Assembly: GCF_964213995.1 (NCBI RefSeq)
Contig: NW_027590123.1
Location: 1,240,001 to 1,304,000, forward strand
Direction of reading: 5' to 3'
DNA: 64,000 nucleotides
Source of the DNA: Mustelus asterias
Lineage: Eukaryota
Under the pieces are notes generated by a model. That model did not search any database, was not told the DNA's origin, and saw only the letters and a program-made list of their open reading frames with translations. Each line of letters opens with the position of its first letter. Position 1 is the stretch's first letter. Below are positions 63,521 through 64,000 of the stretch, piece by piece. The position numbers and the translations under genes are program-made.

Positions 63521-64000
63521 CCCACTGAGCTATGGAGCCAATTGCTGGGTTCAGCACGGAGTTAGTGTATCATCATCATCGGAACGAGGAACAGGCTGGA
63601 TTTTCAGGTGGGTGATATCTGACGGATGTGGAAATGTCTGAATGGAGAAGGACGAGATCGATGCGACTTGAAAGAGACAGAATTTGACATGTGTCAGCTC
63701 CATTTGTGATAAATGTCTGCCGTGCGATTCTTCTTCAGGGTTCATTGCTGATGTTTCATCTCTGACTTTTCCAGTCTGATACAAGTTCACCCAGCTGAAA
63801 GATCAACGTTGTTTCTCCCTGAACAGACACTGTGAGGCGTATTTTGATTTAATGAAGAATTAGATAAGAAGTTATTCACTCCGTGGCGTCGAATCCTGAC
63901 CATGAGACTTCCAGAATAGATATCAGGAATTTTTAATTCGCTGGTCAACCTCTCTGTTTCTGTTGCGTCATTTCAGATCACTTTCGCTCCAGACCCCACT

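Overview
Repeat-rich vertebrate DNA, very likely a cartilaginous fish (shark-type CR1 LINEs, tRNA-headed SINEs with CR1-type tails, GPR139-like receptor). Most ORFs in the track are CR1/L2/Rex reverse-transcriptase fragments or chance ORFs. Four layers underlie the repeats. (1) A decaying mixed tRNA cluster: intact Pro-AGG with an 18-nt intron at the canonical 37/38 site, Arg-ACG, near-intact Gln-TTG and Val-CAC, and about 20 pseudogenes (Val, Glu, Gln, Asn, Leu, Thr, Ile-TAT, Arg-CCT, Pro), including a tandem tRNA-Val array at 1-6.6 kb. (2) Four T-cell receptor alpha/delta-type V pseudogenes at 10.5-22.4 kb, two with recognisable 23-RSSs. (3) One apparently intact two-exon GPR139/142-like GPCR (exon 1 at 45077-45173, absent from the ORF track; exon 2 at 54352-55259). 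(4) Penelope-like remnants, one with a minimal hammerhead ribozyme. A ~140-bp unannotated element recurs next to tRNA genes of several isotypes. All assignments are by eye with no database search, and element boundaries are approximate.
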